Source: Psammoneis japonica (Eukaryota). From it: a DNA stretch of 64,000 nucleotides. The stretch lies in NCBI GenBank assembly GCA_008632985.1, contig QPGO01000035.1, positions 49,899 to 113,898 of the forward strand, in the 5' to 3' direction. The position numbers were made by a program, and so were the translations under genes. The notes under the pieces were generated by a model. That model did not search any database, had not been told where the DNA came from, and saw only the letters and a program-made list of their open reading frames with translations. Positions 14,401 to 26,700 of the stretch are shown here, in pieces. How positions within the stretch are numbered: the stretch's first letter is position 1; every line of letters starts with the position of its first letter.

Positions 14401-17287
14401 GAGCAGTAGAGGGCGCAGTAGATGGTGTCGTGGATGGCGTATCGCTTGGTTGAGACGACGGTACCGTTGATGGCACACTACTGGGAGCTCCACTCGGGGC
14501 AGCTGATGGGGTTGTTGACGGTACAGTAGAGGGTGATTCGCTTGGCTGAGCGGAAGGACCGGTCGACGGAACTTCACTGGGAGCAAAACTTGGAACTGCT
14601 GATGGTTTTGTTGAGGGCGCTGAGGACGGTGCAAGGGAAGGTGCATCACTTGGCTTAGTGGATGGAGTCTTCGAAGGCATGTTGCTGGGTGCAGAACTTG
14701 GGACAGCGGATGGGCCAATTGAAGGCATATCGGAAGGTGACAAGCTGGGAACGTCGCTGGGTTCGGTTGATGGATTTGTTGAAGGTACATTACTTGGGAC
14801 CGAACTTGGAATTGAAGAAGGTGTTGTTGAGGGCGCACTACTTGGAGCTGCACTTGGTGCTGCGGATGGGTTTGTTGAAGGCATGTCACTAGGAGTAAAA
14901 CTCGGCACCTCAGAAGGTGCAGTCGATGGAACTGTTGATGGCCTCGAGGACGGCACATCACTTGGTAGAGTGGATGGACTAGTCGACGGCATGTTGCTGG
15001 GTGCAGCTGATGGGAGTGTCGATGGAACTGTAGACGGTGTAAGAGAAGGTGCGTTGCTCGGTAGATCGGATGGACTAGTTGACGGGGTGTCACTGGGAGC
15101 AGAGCTTGGAACTGCTGATGGGTTTGTCGAAGGGATCGTAGACGGTGGCACAGAAGGTACATCACTTGGTTGAGTGGATGGACTAGTCGACGGCGCATTA
15201 CTGGGTGCAGAACTTGGGGCACTCGAAGGGGCTTCGCTAGGCTCATAGCTAGGCTCAAAAGACGGAGCGGCCGATGGCATGTCGCTAGGTGTTTTACTCG
15301 GAGCTGTCGAAGGAGGGGCTGAGGGTGCTGCGGAAGGCATCAAAGATGGCGCACTGCTAGGCTGGGATGATGGAACTGCTGAAGGCGTGGTGCTTGGAGT
15401 TGCACTAGGAACCGCAGATGGAGTCATGGAGGGTGCAGCTGAAGGTGCAAGCGACGGAACAGCGCTGGGGCTTGATGATGGCGTTGTAGATGGTAGGTCA
15501 CTAGGAGCTGCACTTGGGACTGTAGATGGAGTTGCAGACGGAACACCAGAAGGCATGATAGACGGGACATCACTAGGTTGGGTCGAAGGCGTTGTCGAAG
15601 GAATGTCACTTGGAGCCGCACTGGGGATTCCAGAGGGAGTAGTTGAGGGTACCGCGGAAGGTTTCAAGGATGGGATATGGCTGGGTTCCGAGGATGGACT
15701 TGTTGAAGGTATGTCACTGGGAGCAGAACTCGGAACAGTCGAAGGTATAGTAGATGGCATGTTGCTCGGCTCAGCTGACGGTTCTGCTGACGGCGCGACA
15801 CTTGGAGCTGCACTTGGCACCGCCGATGGTTCTGTTGAGGGAGCAGCGGATGGTTTCAGGGACGGTGCACTGCTTGGTTGAGCTGAAGGGGCGGTCGACG
15901 GCACAAGACTTGGAGCGGCCGATGGACTGGACGAGGGCGCAGAACTTGGCATGTCGCTCGGAGCTACCGAGGGTGAGTCGCTGGGGGTGTCACTTGGGGC
16001 CGTAGTGATGGGAACGGGTTTCCAGATAAAGAGAAATGGTTGGTTTTCTCCTTCGCCTGTGTTTATTCCAAGTTTGTTCTCGCCTCCCCAATGCGTTCCA
16101 TTCCATTGGCGGAAGTCGACTTCAGCACTACTGTCTTGGACAGCCAGCATTATGTTGTCACTCTCTGGATCTGAATAAAGCATCATGGAATTCGAGTCCT
16201 CTACGATATAGGGACCTGGTTTCTTTGATGACCAGGATGTGTCGCCGGGTTGCCATGTTCTGTATATCACGGCTGTTTTCGTGGTTTCGTGGTACGTCGC
16301 CATAGCATGACCGGTAGTGCCCTCAAACGCTACAGCAATGCCCTTGAAGCTATTGCTTGCAGTGAAAGTACCAATTTCTTCGACAGCCTCCCAATTGCTA
16401 ATGCCATCCCAAATTGCTACCCAATGGTGCTTACCCTCCGTAGTGACTCCCACCGCAATTCGATCACTTGATGGATCTGAATTGATGGCAACATATCTAG
16501 GAACGCTAGAAACTGGCGATGTAACAGAGCCTGATCCAATCCAGTCTGTGCCATTCCATATATTATACTGTAAGTCGTTTACGGTGGAATCCCGATATAC
16601 CACCATTGCTCTCCCAGTTTGTTGCTCATACGCAACGTTTACATTTGATACATTGCTGTTGCCGGCATTTTGCAAGTCTTTGCCATTGCCCCATTCTGTT
16701 CCGTTCCACACCATTGCGTAGTCATTAGCACCATCAACACCAACAACAAGGACCATTTCATTGGACTTTGGGCTTGCTTCCAACTGCAGTTCGTTGTGAT
16801 TGCCAGTCGTGATTGGTTGGTCCGTGATCGTTTTTTCGTTGCTCCAGGTTTGGGAATCACCAGCAAAAGTTCTAAATTTCACCGTGCTCGAATTAGCAAC
16901 TGTCCACATCATCAATGCGTTGTCACTTATCCGTTCATATCTGACGTCAAAGCTCCACCAAGTCGGCTGTGTCGCCAAGTTGAGCGAAAAACTTGTAAAA
17001 TCCCAGTTGCTTCCATTGAAAACTTGGGCGGTAACGGAGTTGTCTTTTTGGACTCCCATGACAATGAGCTCGTCGCGTTTGGCAGAGTAGGCACCCTGAA
17101 TGATTCGCCAGCTACTGCTTTGTGAAGAGTCCATGTTGCTCACCGGAGTATCAAAACTGCTTCCGTTCCAGAAAGAATATTGCGTGGGAGCGGAATCACT
17201 TTTCTGAGACCAAATGGCAATTCCCTCAGTTTGTCCGGATGCCGGAATAATAAGCACAATTGCAACTAGGGCTAATGTCAACCACAT
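2456..17287 (-). CDS. Giant secreted Pro/Ser-rich mucin/adhesin-like protein (~4,940 aa once two homopolymer frameshifts are bridged)
   Basis: Three ORFs (9569..17287, 5703..9713, 2456..5668) join across a missing G near 9721 and an extra G in the G7 run at 5771-5777. Order of parts: signal peptide MWLTLALVAIVLIIPASG; ~400-aa Trp-rich domain with WNG.W repeats; ~3.6k aa of PSxx tetrapeptides; ~6 DUF11/DUF7507-like repeats (Y.VTNTGNV.LSN...GD.N.NG.LD.GETW.Y); a GC.P..W...ALGRQAVAALLNAA domain; an Arg-rich tail. Confidence 0.85.
2520..2632 (-). repeat. 33-bp coding tandem repeat x3 (RRPTPRNNSYS)
   Basis: gcgtggagttggacgccgggagtaggagttatt repeated at the 3' end of the giant gene. Confidence 0.85.
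5830..15240 (-). repeat. Coding tandem repeat, 1152-bp (384-aa) unit, ~8 near-identical copies
   Basis: Equivalent antisense ORFs start at 5959, 7111, 8263, 9415, 10566, 11718, 12870 and 14022 (spacing 1152, once 1151). Confidence 0.95.
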
Positions 17288-17799
17288 CTTGACATTCGTC
17301 GTTCTTTGTTGCCGCTTCGTTGTTTCATGTTTCGTAGAGTAGAGTATTTTACTTTTGTGTGTTGGTGTTTGTGTGTGATTACTTTTATTTTTTTGCGAAT
17401 GAATACAAATACCGTAGGTAGAGTACAGGCAGTATGTAGTAGTACAGTAAATGACTGATCAATGACCTTCCACCCAAAATTTAGTCAAGTGGCATAAATC
17501 TGCTTAGATTGAAATGACCACAATGCCAGCAAAAGTGAGTGTGTTTCGCTCGTGCGTGTGTACGTACAGTACGGTACTGCAGTAATTTCTCGGACGTTTT
17601 TGTTGCCTGTTTTGTCGAAGACAAGATCTAAAAATGTCAATTATTGGATCCAACAATTTTTTTTTCACTTTTTTTTTCACGTTGTGAAAACCAGCAAAAA
17701 CATACACTGGGGATCTTGCGAAGATGACCCGTGCGTAAAACGCACAGATTACTTTTGGACGTCCGTGGAAATCTTCTCCCACGGGTTTTTGTACAAGAA

Positions 17800-20700
17800 C
17801 TGTTCTTTTCTCACAATTTGTGCAAAAAAGGACTTTGCTGTTGTATGATCTGGTGCATTGTTGCAGACATGTGGAACAAAAATGCACCTGATTGGGCAAA
17901 ACAGTCAAGTTCTTTGTTTTTCACAAAGATGGAATTCACTCACACAGACAGATGAACACACAATTTCACAATTTTCTGCACACTGGCACTCGCAGCTTCA
18001 GTGTGACAACTCTTCAGAACAAAGAAAGATTGTTCCACTGAAGTGACAACCCTGATGGCTCAGCCAGAGAACCACCAAAGACCAAAGCCCCCCACTGGCA
18101 CAAGCTTGGCTCAGGTGCTTTTTTGTTGGCGCCCCAGAAAAGAGGACATGTGCAGGCTCGCCACATGGGGTGGCCTCAGCCACCAGACACCTGGCTCTTG
18201 GCACCAAAGCACATGAAAAAACAGCATGTGGCTCCATCACCACCACTTGTTTGTCAAGCACAAACAACCACTGAGTTGCTGAGACATGAGACAAATGTGA
18301 TCTTTGAGCACCTTGTTCACGCAGCTGCTTTGGCTTGACGGTTGCTTTTCCCATGTGCTGGCCCAGATGTGCTCAACTTGGCATCTTGTGGTGGGGAAGT
18401 CACAACCCAGCATGTTGTCATGAGGTTGTTGCAAATGAAAAGATCGTTGGCAGCCTGGCCAAAGCGACGCATGAGTGGTTGGATGGGGGCAGCTGCAAAT
18501 TCCAGCACTCAATGCAGAAATCTGCTGCCAGAGTTGGGAGGTGCCTCCATGAGCTTGTGGTCATGGTGGGAGGTCAAGACAATGTTGGATCACTTCATTT
18601 CAAGAGCACACGCCACAAAACTTCTTGCACTTTTTGAAAGCTCGCACATTGTTGTCACTCGTTGGTGATCACAGCCTCACAGACACAGACATCTTGGTCA
18701 ATCCATCTCACATGGGTGCACCACAATCAGGGAAGGGGGGGTTGGACAAAGATGCCACACAAGAGGTCCCAACTGCTCAGGTCTCTTTTGCCTGCTCACA
18801 TGTCATCATTGCTGGCCTGTGCAAGAGAAAAAGTGCCCAGTCTCTCAGCAGGATTAAAAGAAGCCAGCAACAAAAAAGAAACAAAGTTTTCTCTGGAGTC
18901 ACCAAGCTTTGTTAAGAACAATGCAGCTTGGCTCAAAACATCATTTGCAGTGTCAACAGAGCCACAAGTTTTTGATTTGCCAAACAACTGCACAACCAAT
19001 GAAATGTCTTTTTAGTGCAAATGTGCAAACAAGGGCCCTCACTTAAAAAGGTCCATCATGACCTGAGCTGCCAGAAATCCATGCATTGTGGAAAAAACAT
19101 GAGCACTGAGTGAAACATGGCTGCCAACCACTTGGATGCAAGCAACACAACAGAGCAAATGCAAAAAAGCTCCAGGTCATCAGGCTCCAGCTGAAGATGG
19201 CATGGATGCACCACTCCACACACACTCTTGCCAAGGCTTCAAAAAACAGCAAAACAAGCCATCTGCAGCAACTCTCTGTCTTGCTGCTGATGCCATTGGC
19301 ATGATTCATCATGTTAAATGGTGTGGTGTGCTCTGTCCCCAATGTTGCAGAAGATCTTCTTTCTCAGGGGGCTCCAAGGAGGAGGACTTTCCTGTGAGCT
19401 GGTTTGTGTGCAAGAATGAGAAAATTCCATGCCCAGCTCCTGCCCTGATTTTGATTTTGCATCTGCTTGACTTGCACCCATCTTGGTTTCATGCTGGCTC
19501 CAACAAGATGATGGGTGGAGACAGGAAACCCTTTCCTCTTCAAGTGCAGCATTTTGTTTCAGAGCCAGCTCTGGATTGTGCATCCTTCTTGTGGCCCTGG
19601 ATGGAATGTGTTCCAAGATTGAAGGTGTGACAACTTGCTGCACCATCCAATGGGAAACAAGTGCACTCAGCATTTGTTTCATTGATGGGTGGCAAGCACA
19701 GACAGCAAGATGAAAGGCCACTTGCACCAACTCCAACTTTTGATGTGAGTGGCACTGCTGATTGGGCAATGTCTGTAAACTCCAACTTTGTCATCCTGCA
19801 GACATGAAGTGTGCCAACAGCAACCCATCATTTCATTTGACCTTGCCAACAACCTGTGATGCACTGACCACTCCATTGAAAAGCACAGCAATGTCTGTGA
19901 CACACCCACCTTTTTGCATCAACAACAAGGGTGCAGCTTGTTTGATGGGGAAGAGCACAGCAATTTTTTGCAGTTGGTTGTTGATGCTGGTGTGCAACAA
20001 CCCTGTGGTGTCAGCATTTGAGGACCAGGTGAGCTGCTGTGGATCAACAAGATGACAAAACCAAAAGAGATCATGTTTGTGGCACCACACATGAGAGTCA
20101 GATCTTGCCAAGAATGTGCTGGTGACAATGCATGCAGCATGCCAGAGAAGTTCAGTTGGTTGGTTGTCATGTGCACTCCACATCAAACCGTGCTTTTGAC
20201 CAAATGAAAATTGCAGAGATGGGGAAGATTGGATGAGTGGTGCTGCAGTTGCACCAACCCATGAAGCAAAGACCCCAGCACCCATGACATGAAGCAATTT
20301 GCCCAATGTCCAAATGTGATGCCTTGTGTTCTCACTGCTCTGTTGTCTGCTTTGAAAAAGAAGAATGCTGGAAGCAAATTTTTTGGCATGGACATCACAC
20401 GTCAGCTTGGCCTTTGACACTGAACCAACCAAAATTTTTGCATGCTGCAGGCTGCTGCTCACATTGATCATCATTGCATGGAAACTGAAGAATTGGAAGA
20501 CTGCTGTGTGCAACACAGCGACAAATGTGTTGAGCATTTTTTGGAAACACCAGCTCCAGCTGTGCCCTCATTGATGCTCTCTGCCTTGTTGGAGTTTGTG
20601 AGAGCAACATGGGAACAAAAGAGCATCATCTCTGAACCAACAGCATGACAGCTGATGAGCATGCCAAGATTCTGCATGCCTCCCCACCTCTCTGAATTGT

Positions 20701-23700
20701 GGCCACCTTTTGACCACAATGACAAGCTGTCAAGAAAAGCCAGCACTGGACATCCTGCACATGAGAGCATCACAGAGCTGGTGCCAGACAATGGAGAGTG
20801 GAATTTTTGGCTTGTCCAAAAGAACTTGAACATTTGAGAGAGGAGCTCAAACCCAGGAAGGTGCCCACCTGCATGTCACAACCTCACAGCCTTCTTTTTT
20901 TGTTTTCTTTTTGATCAATCTGGAAGCACTTTTTGTTGATGTCCATGCTGTGCACACAACCTTGTCTCATCATTTGCAATGAGAGCTGATGAGCCCAACC
21001 CAAAGTGGGTCATGGCCTGTCCATTGTGGGGTTGTGGCTGTTGCTGAAGGGGTTGTGGCCAATGTGCTGAGGTGCTGTGACCATTGTGTTTTGAGTTCAT
21101 GCCCAAAGTGCAGAAAAAAGACACAATTTAAAAAAAAAACAACTCTGGCAGATGTTTGTGCAGCAAGTGCTGGCTGCAAAAAAAAACTGCACTCAACTCA
21201 TTTCAGTGCAACACCAGCTCTAGAAAACTCATGCATGAGAAAATCTAAGTTGCTGCAGAACAAGCATTTGAATTTGCAGGAAGTGGCAGTCTTGATGTGA
21301 CAGCCAGAGGACCAGCCACCAGCGCCAGCTGTGCCATCACCACCCATTTCCACATCACCTGCTGATTCCCACCAAACCACTTTGGACCAGTTTTGCCAAC
21401 AGTTTTTGGCTGTTGCAGATGCCACCAAATCTGCAGTCAGACCTGACTCAAAAATTCTGTTGTCCCCAAGCACAGGATCTTTGAACATTTCAAAAACAAA
21501 CACTGCTTGTTGGGGGTGGCTGCTCAAAAAGAAGAGCACATGACAACCATTGTTCTCTCAACAAAGCAGCATGTAAATGCAGGTGCATTGTCTGCATTGT
21601 CACTCCAGCCTGCAGTGTGCATTGCCTCAAGCTGGGGCCAAGATGGAGGATGGGAAGTGGGGTGCCAAATGTGAAGCCAGCCAAGCATCTTTCTGTGCAT
21701 GATGGGCTGATGTCCTCTGTTTTCAATGCCGGCTCCCAGCTTGCTGTTCTGCCCTTCAACCAGCCCCTGCACCCTGCTTGTGTGACCTGCTTTTAACCTC
21801 ACTCTCCGTGCCTGTTCTGCATGGTGCCCCTCTGGTGGGTGACATGATGCACGAGCTGCTTGTGTGCACTTTCCAGACAGTGAGCAACCTGCAAGAGTGC
21901 TGCAAGCTGCACTTGCTTCTCTCCTTGCTGCCTTTGCTGCCTTTCTTTCTCTCTTCTCTCTTGCTGCTGCAGCTCCCCCCTTCTTCTGGTGGCACCGCCC
22001 CCTGTTTCTGGCCCTGGAGAGAATTTCTGTCTTTTCAACTCCATTGTGCAGTGTGGAACATTGTCCAGAAGAGTGCACACAGAAAAATGTGTGTGCCTGG
22101 CATGCGGTGCATGACAAAAGAATGCACATGCCACATGACAAAGTGCAACACATGCCACAACCCAACAGCTCAAGGTTGAGGTCCCACCCAGAGCTGGAGC
22201 TCATTGGGCTGGCACACTGGCAAACTGGGGCATGCTGCACACTTGACTTTCCCTGCACAGAAGTGTTGGACTCTTGGGCTCTGCCCACCCACCAAGAGTC
22301 TGATTCTTCAGTGTGCTGGGTGTTGTTTTTTCTCAGTGATCATTTGTTTGGAGAAGCAGCTGGAGCCAGAACAACCTGGACACACAACATGGTTGGCATC
22401 ATTTTTTCACTCCAGAGCCATTGAGCCCCACATGATTTCTGTGTGTTTTTCACTGCATGAGCAGGAGTTGGTTTGACTGCAACTTCCAGCACAGAACCAG
22501 TTCCACAGGAGAAATGCACCTCAGTGTTGAACTGTCCCGCCATGGCTGTTGATTTCTTTGATCTTGGAGAAGTGTCTTTCACAACTTGCACGGCATGACA
22601 GGAGCGCAAAACATTCCTTGGAAATGAAAGGGATGCTTTCCATTGTTTGCATTCATGTGACAATTGATCTTTGGTCACATCTTGATGCACTTGGGATGGG
22701 AATGCAGCAACATCCTTTGCACAGTGAGACTGAAACAGCATTTCATTGCCTTGTTTTTTGAAACCACAGTGGCAGAAATGTCACCTGCTGGAGTGTTTCT
22801 TGTGCAGTGGTCTCAGACTGACAGGATGCAAACTGTGAGTTTCCTTTGGGATGTGATGTGCACGCAATTGTTGCAACAATCATTGCAGTTGCAAGCCTCA
22901 TTGGGAACCACATGTCAGTCACAACCTGATGGCTGTTCTTTCCACTGCATGCATTCTTGTGCACTGAAAGACTCTTCTTGGCACTGTCCAAGCAGCAAGG
23001 TTGCATCTCCTTCCTCCACAACAAGCACAACAGCCATTGCAGCTCAGTTCACCAATGAACATGTTGTCTGCATGGTTGTTGCCATCATTTCTAGCAGTGT
23101 GATTCCTTGCTGCAGCAAGACTTTGTCCTGATGACACAGGTTCCTGCATCTGCAGTGTGAATGAAGCAACTCTCTTTTCCCTGGCAAGAACAATCTGCAT
23201 CAGCTTTCCAATGTCCTCTCCTTTGTTCTCTGCTTGGGTGTGTGGAAACAGCACAAATTGCCAATGCAAGCTTTGTTGCCAAGCACAAAAGAGCTGGCTG
23301 AAACTGCAGCTGCAGTTTTTGACATGAGAGGCACTTCCATCACCACCACAACTGCAGGGCTGGTCACCAATGCAGCTTGAGCACCCTGCCCTGAGGTCAC
23401 TGCACAGCTCATGACAAGCATTTTTTGCTCTGACACAGGATCCATCTCTCTCAAAAAGTGTGCCCCCCACTGCCACACAGCAACTTTCTATTCCAGTGCA
23501 AGAGACATCTCTGTGCACCTTTGTGTGCTCATTTGTCTGGTTCACCTTTTGAACATGCTCCGTTGCCATTGCAGCTGTTGTCACCAACATTGATGTCCGC
23601 GGTGGTGCATCTTTCACCATTGCCTTTGCATGAGGCAAACAACCTGGCTGCAAGGTTTGAGCCAGTGCAAACTGGTGTTTGTCCTTGGCAGATGCTCAAG

Positions 23701-26700
23701 CTGTAAAATCAGGTGAGAAACTGGAGCTCAGGGCACGAGATTTGCACTGACTGCTGCTTCTTCCAAGGAGATGACTGCTGGCCTTACAAACAGCTGAACA
23801 ACCACTGTCAGGGGGTTGTTGTTCTTGATGCACTCCTTCATCTGAGACCAAGGTGCACGGGCAAAAAGCAACATGCCATGGCCAGCGTGGGGACACAAAA
23901 AGAGATCCCTCCCTGTGACACCCAAAACCAGGCTCTTTCTTCCCAAGCATGCATCTCATCAGCATTCATGGAATGTGAGAGAAGCTTCCTGGAGAAAACA
24001 AACAAGAGCAACTCTTGCCTTCACAACAATGGAAAAAAAAATGTGAAACAATTTTGACTGGCACAAGCCCAATGGACTTGTGAATGGCTGCACTGCACTG
24101 CAGCACCCATGACTTGCAAGTGTGGTGTCAGGGGAACCCCACACACGGAACTCAAAGTGTGCGACTCAATGTTTCACAAAGGGGCAACACATCCATGCAC
24201 AAAGATGCAGGCAAAGTTTAAACTTTTTACACAAAATGTTCATTGTCATGTGTTTTTGAAAGTTGATTTTGACATCATGTGGGTGGACAAAAGGAAAAGA
24301 GAAAAATGAGAGGGAAAATGGCTGTGGGTGCTCACACAAAAATCTCAATGGGAGAAGGGTGCCTCTTCATCACCCAACTCACTGCTGGTGAACTCAGTCT
24401 TGGTTTGGCTGTCATTTGGTCAAAGACAGCAGAGCAAAGTGTGCAAGTTGTTTGCTCCTTCTTTTGGGCATGTGCTGAAGCACCTCCTGCGGTCACTGCC
24501 ACTGCTCTGTTGAACCATCTTTTGCCCCTTACAACATTTTGTCACTTGCACATTGTCCCTTGCACCCTTTCCCTCTCTTCTTTTTACCCAGTGCACCCCT
24601 GCGCCTTTGCAAGCAGCTTGGCACCATGAGTTGCTGCTGAGATGAGAGTGGAGATGAGCACAGCCAGCAAAAGCAAGCTTTTGACAACATTGTCACAAGC
24701 ACTGGCATGGCAAGCCAGTGCTTTGTGGAACAAAGTTCTGTTCTGCAACTCACAAGCTTGCTCATTTCAAGAGTGTGCAAAGATCACAAGGTCTTGAAGG
24801 GTCACCACAGATGACCCCCTGGGGTTTTCCAGATCTGCCTGCATTGGCAAGACATGCTGAGCCTGCAACTTTGCATTCTTGGGATCTGTGCCTGCCAATC
24901 ATTGGCTCTCTGCTGCTTTGCCATTGTTTGTGCACTTGATGGACATCCTCTCCTTTCTGGGAGGTGTGGCAGCTTGACCACTTTTTCTGGAGGTGTGCCA
25001 AGAACAGGTCCGTGCCCCCCCCCCCCCCCCCAAAAAAAAAGCCAAAATCAATGCTGTTGCACTGAGCATCTCATGCAAAGTCCAGCTCCTCACAAAGCTG
25101 CTGCAATGACAAGATGCTGCCTCTCAGCTGCAAAACAGAGTGGCACACTGCTGCCTGCTCAACCATGAGAGTCTGTCCTGAGGTTTTAAGTGGAAGAGGG
25201 GGGGGGGAGCAGCAACAAACTGTTGAGAACAACACTTGGTGGAGTTGTCTGTGCACAAGTTGTGTGGACATGAAGCAAGACATTTGACCAGTGAAAACAC
25301 TCAAATTTCTCATCTCCAAGGAAGAAAAACTTTGGCCACCTAAATTGACCTTGGGGTTGTTCTCCAATGTGCACCAATGCACCCAGCAAAATGTTTTTCT
25401 CAGAACTTTCCTCCATCAGCCATGGCAGAGCCAGTGGCCCTGGTGGCACACACAGAATGTTTGCTCCAACAACCTGGGACACACCAGACAGCATTGTCAG
25501 GCAAGCTTTGGCTTGTCAGATTTGATGTTGCCTGGGTTGCAGTTTGCCTTTTCTTGCTGGTTGACTCCCCCCAGCAGAGATTAGAGTCTGGTTGTGCAGC
25601 CTGTCACAGAAGCAAGTGCCGGCACTGTTGGCTCCTTGAGGAGCCTGCCATTTGCCTTTCCTTTGGAAGAGAGATTTGATGTTTGCCCTCCCTGGCTGCC
25701 ATCCCCACCACCTGCACCAGCACCATGACACATTCATGCAAGAAAAGTGGCCCTCTGTTGTCTGTTTGGTGATGGCTTCCAAACCAAAATGGCAGCACTG
25801 TCTAGCTTGCAACTGTCTGGAGTTCAGTTGGACATTGAAACTTTGCAGGTGTGCACACTGCAGTGTCTTGCACATGCTGACAAATCAACAGCTGATGGTT
25901 GAAGGAGGAGACAGTGTCATCAGCCACCAGCCCACTGTCATCATCAGATGGAAAAGTCTCTCTCAGCTCATTTGTGTCAACACCTTTGTTTCACTTGGGG
26001 GACTGCCTCAACAAAATTCACCATCTGTTTTGGTGGGAAAATGATCACTTGTGGGGCCCACCAAAAATTGGTCTGTTGAAAAGACACCAAAGACTCAATG
26101 TTCACATTGTGATGAGATTGTTGGACCAACTGGAGGATGGTTGAGCCCACATGGAAGGCTGAGCATGTTGAGCAGGCTTCTGATGGAGCCAGCAGTGTGG
26201 ACTGAAAGCTGACTTGCCTGATGGCTCCCCACAGCAGACAAGTGAAGTGTGCTCTGAAGTGGAGCCTGACAGACAGGGATGGACCAGCAAATTGCAGAAG
26301 TGGTGCTGTGAGAGGCCAAAGGAGCAGAGACAGATGATCCCACCATGAAGGAGGTGCAACCACTGACACACCAAGCCTCTGCCATCTCTCACTTTGTCAT
26401 CACTGGCACTGGCCACTGCTTTGCTGGTGCTGGCTTCAGTTCCACCATGAGCAGGGGGGCACCCAACAGGGCATCCTGAATCTCAGTGTCAGTCAACAAA
26501 GGCTGTCACAGCAGTTCCTCTGCAAGCTTGTCTGCCTTTGGGGAGCACTGCTGAAGAAACAGCATGTTGGCAGAGGAGGCCAGGAAATGACTCAGGACAA
26601 GCACTTTGGCACCTGAAGCCTCTTCTCACTGATGAGACAATGATGCCAAAAATTGACACAGCTGCAAAGAGGTCACTGACCTGGGCAGCAGCATGGAAGA

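Noticed and set aside
5343..16178. Plus-strand Gly/Asp/Leu-rich ORFs and alternative-frame His/Gln-rich ORFs
   Set aside because: Antisense and frame shadows of the PSxx repeat.
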